From an uncultured bacterium (GTDB lineage Bacteria; Patescibacteriota; Minisyncoccia; Phycocordibacterales; Phycocordibacteraceae): 64,000 bases of DNA. The notes below the pieces were generated by a model. It was not told where the DNA came from and ran no database searches. It saw nothing but the letters and a program-made list of their open reading frames with translations. The translations under genes and the position numbers were made by a program. Position 1 is the first letter of the stretch; each line of letters begins with the position of its first letter. The stretch lies in contig CAWKPH010000001.1 in assembly GCA_963851445.1 (NCBI GenBank), positions 361,363-425,362 of the forward strand. Reading direction: 5' to 3'. Positions 61,023 through 64,000 of this stretch are shown in pieces.

Positions 61023-62062
61023 TGCTTATTGGAACCGATCGGGCGATTTTTAATCCGGGAAGCGTTGTGCGCCGCCGCATCACACAGCTAGGTAGTCTGT
61101 ATACAGAAGCACTCGACTCGATCGTGCTTTCAGCGCGCCACCATGGCGTTACGAAGATGCAAGAGCTTGCGCCGAATGTGCATGCGTATCCGACTAATTC
61201 ATGGTCTCGTCTTTTATATGGATGGGATGCACTTCGTATTGCTCGATATATTCGACGTCCTGATGTCGTCTCTGCCCAGGACCCCTTTGAAACAGGTCTC
61301 GTTGCACTCTTCATAAGTAGGAGATATCGCGTACCACTAGCCGTCGAGATACACACCGATTTTCTTGCACCTGCTTTTGCGCGGCATTCATTACTCAATT
61401 GGTTACGGGTGCGTATAGCGGGATATGTATTACGACACGCCTCTGGAGGCTACGCTGTCTCGAGCAAAATAAAGGATGCCGTACTCGCGCGGTATAGGGT
61501 GTCCCTTGAAGTTCTGCCCATATATACCGACACAACTCGTTTTGCTTCACTTACGCACGATTCGCACCCGCGCTTCCAAACAGCACTTTTGTGGGTGGGC
61601 CGTATGGAGAGGGAGAAAAACCCTGAATTAGCATTCGATGCATTTGTTGCTATGCGCCGAGCGGGCTTCAACGTCGGACTCACATTTGTTGGTGACGGTT
61701 GCTTGAGAGAAAAACTCGAGGCAAAAGCTCGTGAGGAAAATGTAGCAGAGTGGGTTGAATTTACAGGAACGGTTTCTGATCCACTGCCGTACTATGCGAA
61801 TGCTGATCTTTTGCTCGTAACATCGCGATATGAAGGCTTTGGCCTCGTGATTCTCGAAGCTCTTGCCGCTCGTGTGCCGGTGCTTTCCACTGACGTGGGT
61901 ATCGCTCGAGAAGCCGGAGCACAGATCGCTGAGGGCGATTTTACGACAGCACTCAGGGATCGGCTTGGCAGTGGGAGAACGCCTGGCACCTTACGAATGC
62001 AGACTTATGCGAATGAAGAGGAGTATCTTTCCAAGGTCGCTATGTGTTATAGATCCTTATGA
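61013..62062 (+). CDS. glycosyltransferase family 4
   Basis: 349 aa. SRYEGFGLVILEALAARVPVLSTDVGIAREAG. Confidence 0.75.
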   Translation: MRLMLIGTDRAIFNPGSVVRRRITQLGSLYTEALDSIVLSARHHGVTKMQELAPNVHAYPTNSWSRLLYGWDALRIARYIRRPDVVSAQDPFETGLVALFISRRYRVPLAVEIHTDFLAPAFARHSLLNWLRVRIAGYVLRHASGGYAVSSKIKDAVLARYRVSLEVLPIYTDTTRFASLTHDSHPRFQTALLWVGRMEREKNPELAFDAFVAMRRAGFNVGLTFVGDGCLREKLEAKAREENVAEWVEFTGTVSDPLPYYANADLLLVTSRYEGFGLVILEALAARVPVLSTDVGIAREAGAQIAEGDFTTALRDRLGSGRTPGTLRMQTYANEEEYLSKVAMCYRSL

Positions 62063-63066
62063 AGCTTCTTATTCTTGCTCAGGCAGTCGATCTTGAGGAC
62101 AATGCGTTCTCATTTTTTCATAGATGGATCGAGGAGCTAGCGCCACATTTCGAACAGATAACAGTCATATGCCTTAAGGAGGGGAAACATGCAATGCCAC
62201 CAAATGTGCATGTGTGTTCACTTGGGAAAGAAACGGGCCGCTCGCGCCTGAAATACACTATGCGTTTCTACCGCTATATATGGTCATTGCGGCATGACTA
62301 TGACGCAGTATTTGTGCATATGAATGAGGAATACGGAATCCTTGGGGGATGGCTTTGGCGGCTTATGGGTAAACACGTCACCATGTGGCGTAATTATCAC
62401 AAAGGTACGTGGCGAACTGATATTGCCGCTTTTTTCTGTAATAAGATCTTCTGTACATCGGTATACTCATATACCGCAAAATATAAAAAAACAGTACTCA
62501 TGCCAGTTGGCGTCGATGTAAAACGATTCTTTCCGAATGAGCACATACAACGCGTACCAAAATCAATTCTATTTTTTTCAGGCATGTGGCCCTCAAAGCG
62601 ACCGGAAATGCTTATCGATGCCTTAACTATTTTGCACGAAAGAGGCATCGGATTTATCGCCAGTTTTTATGGATCGCCACTGCCAGAGGGCGCGGAGTAT
62701 TATCAAAGTCTTAAACAACGAGTCATAGATGCTAGTCTCTCGAATTGTGTCACCTTTCATCCAGGTGTACCGAATGCCATGGCACCAGACATCTTTCGTG
62801 CACATGACATATTTGTAAATTGTTCGCCGTCTGGAATGTTTGACAAGATGCTATTTGAAGCGGCAGCCTGCGGCTGCCGAGTTCTCGCTGTAAGCGATGA
62901 TTTCGCGAAGCTTGCAGGAAGCGCTGCGCATTTTGACTCAGCACAAACCCTTGCAGATCGACTGTCAGAAACCCTTGCTCGTGCCCCTCAGGGCACTGTT
63001 CCTGCATACGTAGGGGCGAATAGCCTTACTACGCTCGCCCTGCGGCTTGCGGACGCTATATACTGA
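62059..63066 (+). CDS. glycosyltransferase (GT-B, GT4-like)
   Basis: 335 aa. C-terminal CSPSGMFDKMLFEAAACGCRVLAVSDDFAKLAG. There is a 4-nt overlap with the previous gene. Confidence 0.65.
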   Translation: MKLLILAQAVDLEDNAFSFFHRWIEELAPHFEQITVICLKEGKHAMPPNVHVCSLGKETGRSRLKYTMRFYRYIWSLRHDYDAVFVHMNEEYGILGGWLWRLMGKHVTMWRNYHKGTWRTDIAAFFCNKIFCTSVYSYTAKYKKTVLMPVGVDVKRFFPNEHIQRVPKSILFFSGMWPSKRPEMLIDALTILHERGIGFIASFYGSPLPEGAEYYQSLKQRVIDASLSNCVTFHPGVPNAMAPDIFRAHDIFVNCSPSGMFDKMLFEAAACGCRVLAVSDDFAKLAGSAAHFDSAQTLADRLSETLARAPQGTVPAYVGANSLTTLALRLADAIY

Positions 63067-63070
63067 GTCT

Positions 63071-64000
63071 ATGCTTGGCGCTTCTTTACCGATACAACCA
63101 CGAACGGCGAAGATCCTCATCATTATCATCGCCTGCGCGCTCGTCATTCATATTTTTTCAGCTGTCGCGGTTTACGCGTTCCGTCCTGAGAGCATCTCGA
63201 CAACCCCCGATCCCTTAGACTATCGCCTCGCGGCGCTCAATATGATTGAGTACCATATCTTCTCGCTTGCCCCAGCCGGCTTTGATGCGCCGCAACTCTT
63301 GCGCACACCTGTGTACCCAACGCTCCTTGCAGGAACATATCTTCTTGATGGCGAAACTGGATTTGTGATGATCCTCCTTCAGTCTGTCCTGCTTATTACG
63401 ATGGGCTGGCTACTTTTTAAGTTGCTTATCAGGTTTCGTGTTCCGGAGAATGCTGCACTTATTCTTACCACTTTCTATCTTTTTGAGCCGCTGCAATGGC
63501 TCTACACCTTACAAACGATGACGGAGACTGTGGCGTCATTTCTTGTGATACTGCTTCTTGCAGGCGCACTTCTTGGAAAGGGCATAAATACCATCCCCCG
63601 AGCTGCGCTGTTCGGCTTCGGGCTCGGCCTTCTCATGTTTGAAAAGCCTTCAGCAGAAATGTGGATACCATTCCTGCTCCTTCTCGTCTTTGTAGCAACT
63701 GGTTCAGTTCGTGTGCGATTTCTGCGGGCAGCGGTTGCGATTTTTTTTCTTCTCCTCACGCTCACCCCATGGCTCGTTCGTAATTACAATCTGACAGGGC
63801 ATGTCGTTCTTAGTTCAAGCGGCCCTTATAATTTCATCTATTATGTTGGCACCCCCGCGACGGTGCCGGAGGCATACTATGAACCCGTTACAATAAATAC
63901 GTATAACGGCAATCATACTAACGAAACCTGGTATGCCTATACGACGCAAGCATATCCCATGCTTCTTTCGACCGAGCACGCTCTCTTAGCGCATGCAAAT
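63071..64000 (+). CDS. integral-membrane GT-C glycosyltransferase (PMT_2 / ArnT-like), 5' partial; runs off the window
   Basis: Open frame from the ATG at 63071 to the end of the window. Multiple TM helices. The pattern is typical of family 39/83 polyprenyl-phosphate-sugar dependent transferases. Confidence 0.45.
   Translation, partial: MLGASLPIQPRTAKILIIIIACALVIHIFSAVAVYAFRPESISTTPDPLDYRLAALNMIEYHIFSLAPAGFDAPQLLRTPVYPTLLAGTYLLDGETGFVMILLQSVLLITMGWLLFKLLIRFRVPENAALILTTFYLFEPLQWLYTLQTMTETVASFLVILLLAGALLGKGINTIPRAALFGFGLGLLMFEKPSAEMWIPFLLLLVFVATGSVRVRFLRAAVAIFFLLLTLTPWLVRNYNLTGHVVLSSSGPYNFIYYVGTPATVPEAYYEPVTINTYNGNHTNETWYAYTTQAYPMLLSTEHALLAHAN

Overview
The window looks like a contiguous chromosomal segment of a small-genome bacterium, most plausibly a Candidate Phyla Radiation / Parcubacteria-like organism. 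Evidence: about 50% GC, standard genetic code, divergent 16S with a 515F-site mismatch, rRNA introns, weak Shine-Dalgarno usage and many membrane-anchored Thr/Ser-rich surface proteins. It is dominated by housekeeping genes.

Gene content, in order:
- A one-carbon/thymidylate cluster: MTHFS, a CYTH protein, dcd, thyA and glyA, with folD further on.
- Four aminoacyl-tRNA synthetases: argS, ileS, glyQS and metG.
- recO, followed by a tandem block of nucleotide-sanitising enzymes (ASCH, MazG-like and three Nudix hydrolases).
- rpsF-ssb-rpsR, efp, an ECF sigma factor with a putative anti-sigma, recA and ftsK.
- rplJ-rplL.
- An unlinked rRNA arrangement: 23S-5S at about 33.0-36.75 kb and a solo 16S at 46.7-48.2 kb. 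Each unit has its own promoter-like and terminator-like signals, and a separate tRNA-Ile(GAT) follows the 16S.
- secDF, ftsW, murD and murC, and rsmI.
- Two cell-surface glycan biosynthesis regions: a GT4 plus polyprenyl-phosphate sugar transferase pair, and a cluster of epimerase, several GT4s, an APH-like kinase and a GT-C membrane transferase.

Most unusual observations:
1. ileS carries an approximately 175-aa histidine-phosphatase (PGAM-like; RHG and SHG motifs) domain inserted in its catalytic body.
2. The 23S rRNA gene is interrupted by two intron-like insertions (about 193 nt and about 341 nt). They sit at universally conserved sites corresponding to known group I intron hotspots, around E. 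coli positions 1925-1931 and 2593. The 341-nt element has a U at -1 of the 5' exon, a terminal G and an internal guide-like complement of the 5' exon.
3. The 16S 3' tail reads ...GGAACAUAUCCAAUC, so the canonical CCUCC anti-Shine-Dalgarno is replaced by UAUCC. This is consistent with the near absence of GGAGG upstream of genes here.
4. An orphan TraG/TraD/VirD4-like (T4CP-family) P-loop ATPase has no TM segments, carries a roughly 170-aa disordered charged tail, and sits next to a tiny TM protein.
5. A truncated GT4 N-domain paralog lies in inverted orientation beside its full-length copy, co-oriented with an APH/choline-kinase-like phosphotransferase.

No CRISPR arrays, transposases or integrases were recognised.
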